From Octopus vulgaris (taxonomy: Eukaryota): a stretch of 64,000 nt of DNA. The DNA is taken from NCBI GenBank assembly GCA_951406725.2, contig OX597822.1:119102001-119166000 (forward strand), given 5' to 3'. Position numbers and translations under genes: made by a program. The notes beneath the pieces are model-generated. The model did not search any database. It worked only from the letters and a program-made list of their open reading frames with translations, and had not been told where the DNA came from. Shown here piece by piece: positions 41,532-56,299 of this stretch (positions within the stretch are counted from its first letter, which is position 1; each line of letters begins with the position of its first letter).

Positions 41532-42806
41532 TATTATTATTGGGGTCAATGTAATTGATTTACCTCCTCCCCCACAATTGCTGGCCATGTGCCAAAACTT
41601 GACATAAATATTACTTATGTCCACAGTAAAATACTTTCATGGTTATGTGTTGGTCATATGTGGACTGATTTGGATTTCTATAAACATCTCCAACACTTAA
41701 CAGAAAGACTGATATTTATCAGGAAGTATTGATTTTTAAATAAGAAGCCAGAACCAGTTTGCTTTAACTTGACAAATGCTGTCATGAGAGTTGCCACTAA
41801 TCTTTGGTCACCTCGACCACAGGAAAAAGATGTGAATCAGGCTCCACCACCATGCAGTGGGCCCCTATGTGGTCACTTGACCTACTAGAAACAGCAAACA
41901 GTTCTCCCTCAAATCTCTACCATCTTATAAAAAAAGATATATTGTTTAGTTCAGATATGTCATGTCTGAAAAAAAAAAATAAATGCTTACAATATGAACA
42001 CTTCTGATTGATCAGAGATGATATGGAGTTATAAAACAACAAAAGCAACACCAAAAACAACAGTGTAGTGAACAGCTACAGAATAGCCAAAGCAGGGTTT
42101 TGAAACCAAATCCACAATTTTATAGATTGACAAACAAATTTCTGGTCTATTGTTTTTCTCCTCTCTACACTCAAGAGATTAATGTGAATGAGTTGACCTC
42201 AAAAACCTTCTCAAGTCATAGAAAGGTCAGAAGAGATAATACTGCAAAAGTCTATAGTCTTAGATTCACCTGGTTTATTCGGTAACAATATCAAAACACA
42301 AGCATATAGCTATCTTTCTGTCTTTGTCATTTCAGCTGCTGAAAGAAGAGCAAACTTACAATTTTTCTCTATTTATAAAGGCACTTTAATCCTTCCCTCT
42401 CGCTGGCAGCATAGAGATGAAACAAGCTCCTAAACAGAATGAATCATGGCTCCACAGAAATTGTTCTTCAGCATTTACAAACAATGTGTACACACAAGCA
42501 ACTCATCACAGTTGCTAATTGTATTTTGTAACAACTAATATTATAAACAACTGAATAAATGCCCCCATCTTCATAATGAATATTGTTCTGTTCTTCAATC
42601 ATTTCTCTGCAACAAAACTTCATCTTTGTTACATTCTGGTGGCAACAGTGTTCAATTTACCACCATCACCCATTCTCCATCTTTCACTCTCTCATACTCT
42701 TTTGCAATCTCTTCTCACATGCACACTTCTGGTTCTTCTGTCCCCATTCACTTTTACTCCCTTTGTACTTTAAGGATCCACCTACACACCTCATAACCAT
42801 GATGTG

Positions 42807-43104
42807 TGGAGGCATATGGCCTAGTGGTTAGGGCAGCGGACTCATGGTTGAGGGATCGCAGGTTCGAATCTCAGACCCGGTGATGTGTGTGTTTATGAGC
42901 AAAACACCTAAGCTCTATGCAGCTCTGGCAGACGGTAATAGCAAACTTCTGCTGACTCTTTCGCCACAACATTCTCTCACTCTTTTCTCCTGCATCTTGT
43001 AGCTCACCTGTGATGGACTGTCCAGGTGGGGAACCTATATACCAAGGAAACCGGGAAACCGGCCCTTATGAGCCAGGCGTGGCTCGAGAAGGAACAAAAA
43101 AAAA
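42807..43104 (+). mobile_element. tRNA-derived SINE family D (V-domain-like), full length with TSD
   Basis: A box tggcctagtgg, B box ggttcgaatc, cctgtgatggact...ggaaaccggg, A tail; 12-bp TSD aaccatgatgtg at 42795-42806 and 43105-43116. Confidence 0.85.
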
Positions 43105-44081
43105 AACCATGATGTGCACCTTCTGCTGTAAGAAACTTGTTCTGTTCTGGACCCCTTCTCTCATATTTAACCTCTCACCTCTTAGAATAAAGTTGCTTTT
43201 GGTGGGGTTCATAATCTTGTAAGCTGCATGGCAACTTTATTAGTGCTGAGACCATGAAAAAAAGCATTTAGTACATGGTGCAAAGTTTTTGGTGTTAAGA
43301 AGGGCATCCAACCAAAGGAACCATACCAGAGTAGACACTAGAGCATGATGTATTACAGAACCTGTTGTTTGCTGACGACCTGATCAGCCCTTGCCAGTAT
43401 GGAACATAGATGTTAAATGATGATGACATACAAAGCTAGTATTTGAAATCATTTAATTTCTTTTTGGAAACAAATGAAAAATAAAGTAAGAAAAACTCAA
43501 AAAGTGTCTCAGAATGGTTTTATATATTCAAGATTCAAGTACAGTGAATTGATCTAGCGAAGCTTTTAGGTGATAATGAACAAATGGTATGGTTGTACTT
43601 TTGAAGACTTTAGCATACAGTCTATCTGATAAAGAATTGGATTTCTGATGGTTGAGGATATAGACTTGGTAAAAATCTGCAACTAGAAGCCTCGGCTAGG
43701 TCTCATCAACTGACAGAGTTATTACTCTATTCAAAGCATCCTGGAGGATAAATAACCTACTTGGAATACTGTTTGGAAGGGTTGGGAATGTTTTATGTAG
43801 GCATTAATCAAATTTTTTTGGTGATAATATAATAATAATGTTGATTTTTCTAACATGAGAAATAATAATAATAATTCATCCTCTTCCTTTTGAAATGATC
43901 AGTTTTCCTTTCTAAATCGATCACACTTCATAGTTGTCCTCTTCCAATAGTTTCCTATGTTGGTACTGTTTCAGTTGTATTCTCCACTGTCGGTAACCAA
44001 TCACAGCTGTTGTTCCATACAAGAATAAACAAATGTAACCAATTATCTAGAAAAATAAACAAGAAAATATTCATTAAAAAT

Positions 44082-44398
44082 ATATAAATCTTTCGTTTTT
44101 TGGATTTGGTTTGCAAGATTCTTTATATGAGTTCGTGTGTTGAAGCATATTCTGTTGTGTCTGGGGAGAGTCATTTTCTTTTTGTGCCTTATTATCTAAC
44201 ACACTCACCAGTAAAATTTCCACTTATTTCTTATTTTTATTTTCAAGAGTCAAGACTCTTGAAAAGGTTGCAAGACACAATGAAAATTTTAGGAAAATAA
44301 AAATAAGAAATAAGTGGAAATTTTACCAGTGAGTGTGTTACATTATAAGGCACAAAAAGAAAATGACTCTCCCAAGACACAACAGAATATAAATCTTT
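44082..44398. mobile_element. Fold-back PLE-like remnant (family of 7127-7464, opposite orientation)
   Basis: Inverted arms ~44148-44243 and ~44290-44389; flanking 12-bp direct repeat atataaatcttt. Confidence 0.7.
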
Positions 44399-45429
44399 AT
44401 TTTTTGTAAAAAAGAAAATGCTCAGGCTTTTGAACCAGCAAGCATATATTTAGCAGGTGAAACTATAATTTGGATGAACTTTAACCCTTTAGCATTCAAA
44501 TTATTCTGTCAAATGTTAATGCTTAATTATTCACATCGGTTTGAATTAATTTTGCATTATCTCATAACTTCAATATTTCAATGATGGAATCGGTTGTTTC
44601 TAGAATAATATTGTAGAGTAGCTGTTAGATGCCAGGTCTGGCTGGTTTCAGCATAAAACCAGGTAGAATATTTGGGTCAGATATGGCCAGATTAAATGCC
44701 AGTGGGTAAAGGGTTCTTTACATTTGAATATTGCTGCCTGTGAGCAATTACAAAACCTGGTGGTTGTTACAAAATTAAATTTTTACATCAAACATACTCT
44801 GTAAATGAGCTGAAAAAAAAGGGACAAATACACATCACACTTCTACACACATATACACTCCAAGAACTCCACACACCACTACACCATATGCCCACTTCCA
44901 GACACAAGATATGCTCCTATTCTTGCACATACACACCCAGACACTGCTCCTTTTCTTAATTCCTCCCTGCTCCGTGCCAGTGGCACATAAAAGGGCATCA
45001 TTCGAGGGTGATCGTTACCAGTGTCACCTTACTGGCACATGTGCCCGCGCTAGAAGGGTGCCAAGATCACCATCCGAGCACACTCGTTGCCAGAGCAGTC
45101 AACTAGCTTCCATGCCGGTGGCATCTAAAAGGGCACCATTCGAGCGTAATCATTACCAACGTCACCTTACTGGCACCTGTGCTGGTGGCATTTGTAAAGA
45201 GATTCGAGTGAGGTCATTGCCAGTACTGCCTGACTGGGCCCCGTGCCGGTGGCACGTAAAAAGCACCCACTACACTCTCGGAGTGGTTGGCGTTAGGAAG
45301 GGCATCCAGCTGTAGGAACTTTGCCAGATCAGATTGGATCCTGGTGCAGCCATCTGGTTTGCCAGCTCTCAGTCAAAATCGTCCAACCCATGCTAGCATG
45401 GAAAGCGGACGTTAAACGATGATGATGAC

Positions 45430-45990
45430 TCCGTCAGTTATGAAGATGAGGGTTCCTGTTGATCCAATCAACAGAACAGCCAGCTTTTGAAATTAACTTG
45501 CAAGTGGCAGAGCAATCTGCAGACGTGTGTAGCCTCAACGTAGTTCTCAGGGAGATTCAGCATGACACAGAATATGACAAGGTTGATTATTAATGCTGAG
45601 TCATAGTGCTAGTGCATGCATATACAGCTGCGTGCGTGCACACATACACGCGAGTACTGTCCAAATCTCTGACCAATCGCATACAGCTAGCTGGCATTCA
45701 ATTGGCGTATCAAGTTTCGGGCATTTTGATTGGGTTTTGGATAGGAAATTCACAAAAAAGTCACTTGTACTGATTTTTTTATAGCTTTGTGGGGTGACTG
45801 GGGAAATGTAAAGATGTGCACGACCACCCTTGGACAGTTTTGAATGACCATAGAAAGTGCGAGCCCTCTAACTGAAAAATTGTGGATTTGTATAAACGAC
45901 ATGCACACACACACACACACACACAGACAGACATTTTGCCGTTTATATATAGAGAGATACAGGTACTACTCATTTTTGCTAGCTGAATGA
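45430..45990 (-). mobile_element. SINE fragment split by a non-autonomous Helitron-like insertion (~45585-45958)
   Basis: Minus strand of the insert begins atctctctatatataaa...gtctgtctgtgtgtg (Helitron/HINE-like 5' pattern); repeat-like sequence resumes on both sides. Confidence 0.4.
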
Positions 45991-46687
45991 ATTCCCTATT
46001 CCTACCTGCTGAACTGCATTCTCATCTAGCTCCTAACTCCTTCTTCATATTTATCTCCTTACCCACACAGCAAAAACCTTTAGAAATTCTATAGGTTTCC
46101 CTAGTAAACACTGAGAACAATGAGATGAGAACAAATGGCAGGCAACTTAGAGAAAGGGAGAGGAGGGGGAGAGAAAGGAGAAAGGGAGGAAGAGACAGAA
46201 GAGGAAACTGGGACAAATGTTGATTGAGATGATAGCAGTAAAAGATAAGAGGGGAAAAAAAATAATAAAAAGAAAACAAGAAACAGCTGAATCGATACTG
46301 ACTTATAATCTTACACATCATACATGTCTGTGAGCGTGCACACACACACACGCACACACCCACCTATATATACATCCACTGACAACTCTAACAGTTTGTT
46401 GTGGTGATGGTGTTTGTCGAATGTTGGTTAAATGGAGGTGGTGGTAGTTTCTAGAAGTAGTAAAGAATTGACAGCAGGTTATTTTATTTTTGTGGACGGA
46501 AATTAAATATATATACATTATGTGATTTAAGATATATCTTAGGACAGGTAATTATTGTCAACCTGTGTCATTAGTGTCACATGACTACCATAACTGCTGC
46601 CAACAAACAACTGCCACCACGAATAACAAATGAACATCATCCCTGCCACGACCACCACCATTTGCTCTCATCTCTTATTCTCCTTTA

Positions 46688-46737
<50 letters not shown>

Positions 46738-46986
46738 CTTTTTCAATTACTTCCCTGAGCATGATGCAAAAAGCAACTAGTAATGTACAATTATGAAAAT
46801 ATACAGATATAGGTGCAGGAGTGGCTGTGTGGTAAGTAGCTTGCTAACCAACCACATGGTTCCGGGTTCAGTCCCACTGCGTGGCATCTTGGGCAAGTGT
46901 CTTCTGCTATAGCCCCAGGCCGACCAATGCCTTGTGAGTGGATTTGGTAGACGGAATCCGAAAGAAGCCTGTCGTATATATGTATA

Positions 46987-47017
<31 letters not shown>

Positions 47018-47379
47018 CTGTGTTTGTCCCCCTAGCATTGCTTGACAACCGATGCTGGTGTGTTTACGTCCCCGTCACTTAGCGGTTTGGCAAAACAGAC
47101 CGATAGAATAAGTACTGGGCTTACAAAGAATAAGCCCCGGGGTCGATTTGCTCGACTAAAAGGCGGTGCTCCAGCAAGGCCGCAGTCAAATGACTGAAAC
47201 AAGTAAAAGATTAAAAGATTATATATAATGAGCTTCTTTGCAGCCTCTATTTACCAAATTTCCTCAAAGGGCACTGGTTGATCTTGGGATATAGAAGAAG
47301 ACATTATCTCAAGGGGTCAGGGCAGTGGGACTCAACCCAAAACCACATGGTTATAATGTGAACTGCTTATGCTTGCACA

Positions 47380-47600
47380 TGGATGGATAGATGGACTGAT
47401 AGATGGATAGACAGATAGATGGATAGATATATGGATGGATAGATAGATAGATAGATGGATAGATGGATAGATAGATAGATAGATGGATAGATAGATGGAT
47501 AGATAGATAGATAGATGGATGGATGGATGGATGGATGGATGGATGGATGGATGGATGGATGGATGGATGGATGGATGGATAGATAGATAGATAGTTGGTT
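47380..47600. repeat. (GATA)n/(GATG)n microsatellite
   Basis: Direct reading. Confidence 0.9.
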
Positions 47601-49057
47601 AGGTAGATGGATGGAATAGATAAGCAGTAAGATAGCCGGTCAATTTGAAAATGAATGTAAGTATGGTGGGGGGTGTTTCATGTGTGATGTATAGAACTAT
47701 GAAATTCTTACATTCTTTCAATTTCCTGTAATTCAAACTGCCTCATGGTTCTAGGAGACAAAATGGGAAAGGCATTGCCCCAGAGGATGGTGAGAGAGAT
47801 GCACTGGGAAAGTCACTCTGACTCATGGGGCCTGCACTCGTGTATAGCCATTTCTGTCATGATAGCAGTAAGCAGGGATAATATGGTCTGGGGACTGAAA
47901 ACAGCACTGGGTGGATGGGTGGATGGATGGGTGGATGGATGGACGGATAGACAGACGGATGGATGGAGGACAAACAGACAGTTGGACCAAGAAATAACTA
48001 TTTTATATATGCATTACAGACTTCTAAATGTCTGAATATCATTTTTATTTCGTCAACATGACTGGCCTCTCGCCTTGACTGGCTTCTGTGCCGGTGGCAC
48101 ATAAAAAGCACCAACCGATTGTGGCCATTGCCAGCATCCCCTGGCACCTGTGCCAGTGGCACATAAAAAGCACCAACCGATTGTAGCCATTGCCAGCATC
48201 CCCTGGCACCTGTGCCGGTGGCACATAAAATGCACCAACCGATTGTGGCCGTAGCCAGCCTCCTCTGGCCCCTGTGCCGGTGGCACGTAAAAAGCACCCA
48301 CTACACTCACGGAGTGGTTGGCATTAGGAAGGGCATCCAGCTGTAGGAACACTGCCAGATCAGACTGGACCCTGGTGCAGCCTCCTGGCTTCCCAGACCC
48401 CGGTCGAACCGTCCAACCCATGCTAGCATGGAAATCAGATGTTAAACGATGGTGATGATGATGATGAACATCCCCATTGATCAGTTGTGACAGTTAACAT
48501 TTCTGGCTTCCAATGTCTTCTTCATTTCTGATACAAAGAAAAAAACTTTTTATATGTTTGCATACGTATTTAGTTATATATGTATGCTATCATCATCATC
48601 ATCATCATTTTAGCATCCATTTTTTCATGTGTGCAAGGGCCAGATGGAATTCATTGCTGTGGATTCTCTACAGCTGGATACCTTCTTGTCACCAATCCTC
48701 ACATGTCTCCAAGCACACTAATAATTCCTCATAACCAGAAAATGTTTTTTCACAGAAGACTGGCAGCAAATGGCATTGCTGGTATGTTGATGACATTCAT
48801 TTAGAACAGTCACATGACGTCAAGACAAGGGGGGGGGACACAAACACACACACACACACACATACATACAAAGGTGCAGGCATGGCTGTTTGGTAAGAAG
48901 AGTTTGTTTCCCAACCATATGGTTCAGGGTTCAGTCCCACTGCATTGACCCTGGGCAAATGTCTTCTACTATAACTTCAGTCCAACTAAAATCTTGTGAG
49001 TGGATTTTGGTTAATGGAAACTGAAAGAAGCTCATCGTATATATATATATATATATA

Positions 49058-49592
49058 AGTTCAGTAAAATTTAGATTCAGATGAATATGGTACTTAAGTT
49101 AAAGGCACCAGAATTTAGTATGGTATTATCCATATCAATCAAATGGAGTGATTATAATCAAAATAAGCAACAAGGATAACCAAGGTAGTGTAGTATAATC
49201 GTTTCATGCTACTTCGTTTCATTAAACACTGTAAGTATTACATCAGTTTTAAAATGCCGAGCAATCTTCAGCCACTTATAGAATTTTCCATTTAAACAGA
49301 CTATGCACATTCTTATCTTTATTTCGTTTGCCAACATTATAAAGAAGTTAGATATATAGACATATATATCTACCCTCTTTATATATCTGTCTATATATCT
49401 ACCCTCTTTATAATGTTGGCAAACGAAATAAAGATAAGAATGTGCATTGTCCATTTAATTAAAAAATTCTATATGTGGCTGAAGATTGCTCAACATTTTA
49501 AAACTGATGTAATACTTACAGTGTTTAATGAAATGAAGTAGCATGAAACGATTGTACTACCCTACCTTGGATATCCTTATTGCTTATTTTGA
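49058..49592. mobile_element. Fold-back pair of terminal repeats of the 15230-17384 PLE family, two divergent hammerheads
   Basis: Left arm is the reverse complement of ~17145-17384. Hammerheads at 49190-49275(-) and 49475-49560(+): gtgg CTGAAGA ttgct...tagcat GAAA cgatt GTA ctac. (TA)n on both sides. Confidence 0.85.
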
Positions 49593-51544
49593 TATATATA
49601 TATATAGGCACCCATGCCAACCCCCTTGCTTGCGAAGACATGTTGGGGCAAGCGAAATCAAATCAAATCAAATCGAATTGAACCAGCCAGAATCCCTGGT
49701 CTGGTGGTACGTAAAAAGCACTATCCGACTCGTGGCCGATGCCAGCGCCGCCTCCACTGGCTTCCGTGCCGGTGGCACATAAAATACACCAATCCGACCG
49801 TGGCCGTTGCCAGCCTCGCCTGGCACCTGTGCAGGTGGCACGTAAAAAGCACCCACTACACTCACGGAGTGGTTGGCGTTAGGAAGGGCATCCAGCCGTA
49901 GAAACACTGCCAGATCTGACTGGGCCTGATGAAGCCTTCTGGCTTCACAGACCCCAGTAGAACCGTCCAACCCATGACAGCATGGAAAGCGGACGTTAAA
50001 CGATGATGATGATGATGATGATGATATATTATCTTTTACTTGTTTCAGTCATTAGGCTGCAGCTAGGTTGGGGCACCAGCTTCAAGAAATTTCTTTAGTC
50101 AACTGAATAGAACCCTGTACTTAATTTTTTTTCTAAAGTTTGGTACTTATTTTACTGATCTTTTTTTGCAGAACTGCTAATTTACGGAGACATAAGCACC
50201 TCAACACCAGTTTTCAAATGGTGGTGGGTGACAAACACAGCCACAAAGACACATGCACTCACACACAAACACAAACACACACACACACATACAATGGGCT
50301 TCTTTTCTGTTTCCATCTAACAAATCCACTTACAAGACTTTGGTTGGTGCAAAGCAATAGCAGAAGACTCCTGCCCAAGATGCCACACAATGGGGCTGAA
50401 CCCAGAACCATGTGGTGGGAAAACAAGCTTCTTACCACACAGTCACATATGTGCATGGGTGTGCATGTGCACGCATACATGCATGCATGTATGCATGAGT
50501 GCGTGCATGTGGGTGTGTAAAAGAGAGCTGCAACACCACAGCAGTTGGACCAGACTGAGTAGCAGATAAGTAAGTTTCATTAAAGATATGAATAAATAAT
50601 GAGAAAATGACAATTGAGAATAGAGAGAAGAGATAATATAATATGAAAAGCTGTAGGAGCGGACAGTGAAATGTCAATGAGTCTATTCAGGAGTTAAGTT
50701 GCACTTACCACTGATAAAATCAGTTGCTGTATAGTTTGGTGAGTGACGCCCACTTGCATTTTCTCATAAAAATCAAATGCGCTGGCCACAAGGGAAGCTC
50801 CAACAAGGTAGAGAAATGCGAATATGGAGTAAGCAATCATGTCCTGGGAGGAGGAGAAAAACGTATTTATAAAACAGAATTAACAGTAATAAATATAAAG
50901 CAAATAAAATATGATGTTGCTATGACAGAAAAAGTGAAGTACTGAATAAATTAAAACATGCTGGGGGAAATTATGTCAGACAAGTGTACGGTGAGTAATG
51001 CCGTTGTTTGTCAAGGTTTAATGAGACATGAGGATGGGGATGAAATAGCCTTCCTTTTTTTTGGTCAATAATAATAATAATAATAATGATAATAATAATA
51101 ATAATAATTATTATTATTATTATTATATTAGGCGCAGGAGTGACTGTTTGGTAAGTAGCTTGCTTACCAACCACATGGTTCCAGGTTCAGTCCCACTACG
51201 TGGCACCTTGGGCAAGTGTCTTCTACTATAGCCTCGGGCCTACCAAAGCCTTGTGAGTGGATTTGGTAGACGGAAACTGAAAGAAGCCCGTTGTATATAT
51301 ATATATATATATATATATATGCGTGTGTGTGTCTGTGTTTGTCCCCCTAGCATTGCTTGACAAGTGATGCTGGTGTGTTTGTGTCCCTGTTACTTAGCAG
51401 TTCGGCAAAAGAGACCGATAGAATAAGTAGTGGGCTTACAAAAGAATAAGTCCCGGGGTCGAGTTGCTCGATTAAAGGCGGTGCTCCAGCATGGCTGCAG
51501 TCAAATGACTGAAACAAGTAAAAAAAAAAAAAATAATAATAATA

Positions 51545-51935
51545 ATAATAATAATAATGAAATTATTGTATACAGTGCTCAGGTGCACCACAACTTGTCA
51601 AAAGTGCATATAAAGCATGTGCGGTAATGTACAAATGTCTGGGAAGTGAACAGTGTATGAGTCAGATACATGCTTGCGTGTGTATGGAGGGGAGAAAATC
51701 AGGTGTAGTGTTGACGAATCTCAGGAAACATGGAAGTTATGAAGGATGCAGTGCTCCGACAACTAACAACTGATGCCGGCAGTTTGTTCCATGCTTCAGC
51801 AACTCTCAGCATGAAAAAATGTTTCCTAAAGTCATGGGAGCTGTGCTGTTTTCTGACTTTGTAAACATGTCCACGGGTGTTAGACAGATGGAGTTTGAAA
51901 AAGTGCTCAGAGTTATTGTTTGTAACATGGTTAAT
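51545..51935 (-). mobile_element. CR1-clade LINE 3' end
   Basis: NTRGHVYKV...RKHFFMLRVAEAWNKLPASVV; (ATT)n tail. Confidence 0.8.
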
Positions 51936-52622
51936 AATATTGATTTCCTTGGACTTGGTTATACAAGGCGAAGTGACACCTACTATCCCTTTTGATATTA
52001 ACCTGCCTAAAGGTAGTGAGATGATAGAACTGTTAGCATGTTGGGAAAAATGCTTAGAAGCATTTTGGTCATCTTTATGTTCTGAGTTCAAATTCCATTG
52101 AGGTCGACTTGGCCTTTCATCACCTCAGTGTCAAAAAATAAGCACCAGTTAAGCGCTAGGGTCAATGTAATCAACTTACCCACTCTCCCAAAAATTGCTG
52201 GCCTTGTGCCAAAATTTGAAACCGATATTAACATACCTAAAGATAGCAAGTTGGCAGAATTGTTAGCTTGCCAGGCAAAAAGGTTAGCAGCATTATGTCC
52301 GTTTTTACATTCTGAGTTCAAATTCTGCTGAGGTTGACTTTGCCTTTCATTCTTTCAGGGTCAATAAAATGAGTACCAGTTGAGTGCTGGGGTCGACGGA
52401 ATCGACACCCCCCCTCTCCAAAACTTTCCGGCCTTGTGCAGTCTAAGACTGCACTTAGTTCTATGACACAAATACACTGTTTTAAAGTCACCGAAATTAT
52501 AAACTTTCATCAAAATTTCTTGTTAATATATGTTCCAAATACTATCTTGATAATGCTCAAGTTATTTGACTAAATTCTTCGTTATCTTCAAAGTTAATTG
52601 AACCAAAAACAGTGTATTTCAA

Positions 52623-53082
52623 ATCTAAGTAGAGATTTCAAACTTAAAATCTTCAAAGTCACAGTCGAACCAATTCTACTATATGGCTCAGAAACCTGGA
52701 CGTTATCAAAGAAGCTTGAGAGGCGGTTGGATGGAACCTACACTCACCTCCTTATGAGAGCTCAAAATCTCTCGTGGAAGCGTCATCCAACCAAAGTACA
52801 AATATATGGGAAATTACCACCTGTATCATCTCTTATGAAAGGTAGGAGAGTCCAGTTTGCAGGACATTGTTGTAGAGCTGAAAAAGAGGTAATTTCTACT
52901 CTTCTCCTCTGGAAGCCATCTGCTCGCGATACCAGAGAGTGCATACTCTCCTACCCTGATATAATCTCCAGGGATACAGGCATCCAGCAACAGGACCTCT
53001 GTAATGCTATGATGGACCGTGAAGTCTGGCGTAACATAGTAAATTCCATTGTCTCAACCACGGTCGAACAATGATGATGATG
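52623..53082 (+). mobile_element. 5'-truncated RTE-group LINE 3' end
   Basis: VEPILLYGSETWTL...RRVQFAGHCCR...AMMDREVWR; (ATG)n tail; TSD atttcaa at 52616-52622 and 53083-53089. Confidence 0.88.
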
Positions 53083-54642
53083 ATTTCAACAGAAATATTG
53101 ATTTCAAATTTTTGCACAAGGCCAACAATTTCGGAGAAGGAGTAAGTCGACTGCATCGACCCCAGTACAAAACTGGTACTTATTTTATTAACCTCGAAAG
53201 GATGAAAGGCAAAGTTGACTTTGGCAGAATTTGAACTCAGAATGTGAAGACAGACAAGGTGTCACTAAGCATTTTACCTGGATAATAACTCTGCCAATTC
53301 ACGAGCAACAAAATCTTTAGTGGTGCATAATTTCATCAGCTCTAGATTTGATGAAAAGAAAAGCTGAAAATCCGAGTTAGTCAAGAAGTAAAATATTTTC
53401 TGCTTGGGATCGGCAGAGTTTTAAAATGGTAGAACAATGAACTAATTACAGTATTTAGTTTCGTTTGTGTATATTCCAAGTCTAAAGTCTGCTTTGGGAG
53501 GCAAAAATTACCTGAACTTTCTGTAAGGTTAAGAAAATAAGCACCAGTCATGTAATAAGTACCCTTTTAATTGGCTCTAGCTCTCCCCAAAGAACTTGAG
53601 ATCCCTAAACCATTAACCAGCATTAAGAAATTACCATCATTTTCTGTTTCTGAAAAGATTACCTTCATAATCTTGAGGAAAATATTTTGCACTTCAGATA
53701 TTTTTTAAGAAATTCTCATTGTAACAGCAGGCATGGTTGTGTGTTAAGAAGCTTGCTTCCCAACCACATGGTTCTGGGTTCAGTCCCACTGCATGGCACC
53801 TTGTGCAAGTGTCTTCTACTATAGCCTTGGGCCAACCAAAGCCTTGTGAGTGGATTTGGTAGATGGAAACTGAAAGAAACCCATCATATATATATATACA
53901 CACATACATGTATGTGTTTTTGTGTCAGTGTTTGTCCCCCGTCATCATTTGACAACTGGTGTTGGTGTGATTCAGCAAAAGAGACCAATGGAATAAGAAC
54001 CAGGTTTTTGGAGTCAATTTTTTCAACTAAGTCTCTCCAAGGCAGTGCCCCAACATGGCCATAGTCAAGTAAAAGATAAAAGATAAAAAATCATCATCAT
54101 CATGGCATGGCTGAGAAGCTTGCTTCCCAATCATGTGGTCTCAGGTTCAGTCCCACTGCACGAAACTTTGGGAAAGTGTCTTCCATTGTAGCCCTGAGCA
54201 GACCAAAGCTTGTGAGAGTATTTGATAGACAGAAACTGATTAAAGTGTTTTCTGAAGAGTGTGCTGGGACAAGACATAATGAGGAAACTGAGATAAGTCA
54301 GGGGAGCGCACTTAGAGGGTTTAGTCAAAGGTGAGTTTTGTTTGAACAGAACTATGATCAAAGTTGTCTAAAAACTTCCTTCTTTCTTTTTTTTGAGCTG
54401 GCTGGGTATAATTTGAGATTTGGCTGCTATTTCTAGCAGGTCAAGGGACCATTTAAAGGTTCCATCATCGGCTCATTCAAATGGTTTTATATAAGGTGTG
54501 AGTGTGTGTCAGTGGCTTGTTACATGTGTAACAAAGTTACATATCTGAGCAGGGTCTGTAATAACTGGTATCCTGTGTCCAACTGGTAAATAAGGGTGTG
54601 GTTCAGGTTTTGCCCTTTGCAATGCCAAATGCATGTTCACAG

Positions 54643-54852
54643 ATGGATAGAAGAGGAAGGAAGATGAGAAAGAGGAAAAGAAGGAAACAGAAAAATGGTA
54701 GTTTTGTGAATACTTACAAGGAAGTACCAATTGATGGGGAATGCACTGGAAAGTCCGATAGCGTGGAATGTCCAGACAACAAAACTGCTGAGCAGAGTGA
54801 GAACCAAAATGAAAACCATGATACGAAAATGCCAACAGAGCGGCAAAGACAG
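54643..54852 (+). CDS. Candidate exon, unknown basic/hydrophilic protein segment (70 codons)
   Basis: TTCACAG|ATG...CAG|GTAACC flanks a 210-nt open frame MDRRGRKMRKRKRRKQKNGSF...ERQRQ; no family recognised and no partner exons identified. Confidence 0.3.
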
Positions 54853-56299
54853 GTAACCTCCCTCATGTCTTCCAGACGTTGTTAAACACACGAGTGACAC
54901 CACAGAAAATATCTGGAAAAAATACAAAAACACTTATATTTAGATATTATTACAAATTTTATTATAGTTTATGAACAAGGCGTAGGAGTGGCTGTGCGGT
55001 AAGTAGATTGCTTACTAACCACATAGTTTCGGGTTCAGTCCCACTGCATGGCACCTTGGGCAAGTGTCTTCTACTATAGCCACGGGCTGACCAAAGTCTT
55101 GTGAGTGGATTTGGTAGAGAGAAACTGAAAGAAGCCCATCGTATATATGTATGTATGTGTGTGTATGTGTTTGCGTGTCTGTGTTTGTCCCCCCAACATC
55201 GCTTGACAACCGATGCTGGTGTTTACGTCCCCATAACTTAGCGGTTCAGCAAGACAGACCGATAGAATAAGTACTAGGCTTACAAAGAATAAGTCCCGGG
55301 GTTAGATTCGCTTGACTAAAGGCGGTGCTCCAGCATGGCCACAGTAAAATGACTGAAACAAGTAAAAGAGAGAGTAAAGAGTAAGTTGCAAATTTTTAGA
55401 AATTTTTGATGGCCAAGTCAGAGAAAGAATGGTAGCACATGTGATTTCTTTTTATCTGGTTCTCCACAATTGGTAGAGAAAATAGATGAACTCATGAACT
55501 TTGAATTATCTTTAGAATGAAGACTGAGTTTAAATGTCTGTGAAAGAGTGAACTCCACTAAAGGTACCCAAAGCCTGGATGCTATCATTGAACAGAATGA
55601 CAAGTTAAGTCTACCCACTGAATACCTGCAACAGACACAGAACTTTTAATGGGTTTCCATGTACCCAGTTTCACTTACAGGCTTCACTATGCCTAAGTCT
55701 ATAAAAGAATACACTTTTGAAGGCAGCGAGCTGGCAGAAACGTTAGCACGCCGGACGAAATGCTTAGCGGTATTTCATCTACCATTACATTCTGAGTTCA
55801 AATTCCGCCGAGGTCAACTTTGCCTTTCATCCTTTCGGGATCGATAAATTAAGTACCAGTTACGCACTGGTGTCAATGTAATCAACTTAATCCCTTTGTC
55901 TGTCCTTGTTTGTCCCCTCTATGTTTAGCCCCTTGTGGGCAATAATGAAACAAGAATACACTTGCTCATAGTGCCACTAACTAGGATCAAAACCTATAAC
56001 TATATGATTGCCACACAATCTCAGCCACTCAGCCATACGCGTATCTATAAGAGACCTTATAGTAGTTAGTTTCAATCTCTTGCACTTTGTAAGTTTGTGT
56101 CTACTGCGAGAAGTGAATTTCTAATATTTCAAATAACGTTCGTTAGCAGAGAAGAAAAAGAAGCAAACTCTCTGACAAAGAATTCCACCAAAAAAGTGGA
56201 AAAGATGATCCAATGCCTCAAGGAAAATAGCTTCTAAATATGTTGTTCACAAGAACTCAGCTTTGTCACACAGCATGAAAATCACATACTGATAGCAGA

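Noticed and set aside
42807-42880. tRNA gene
   Set aside because: The tRNA-like head belongs to a SINE with A tail and TSD; the acceptor stem is not intact.
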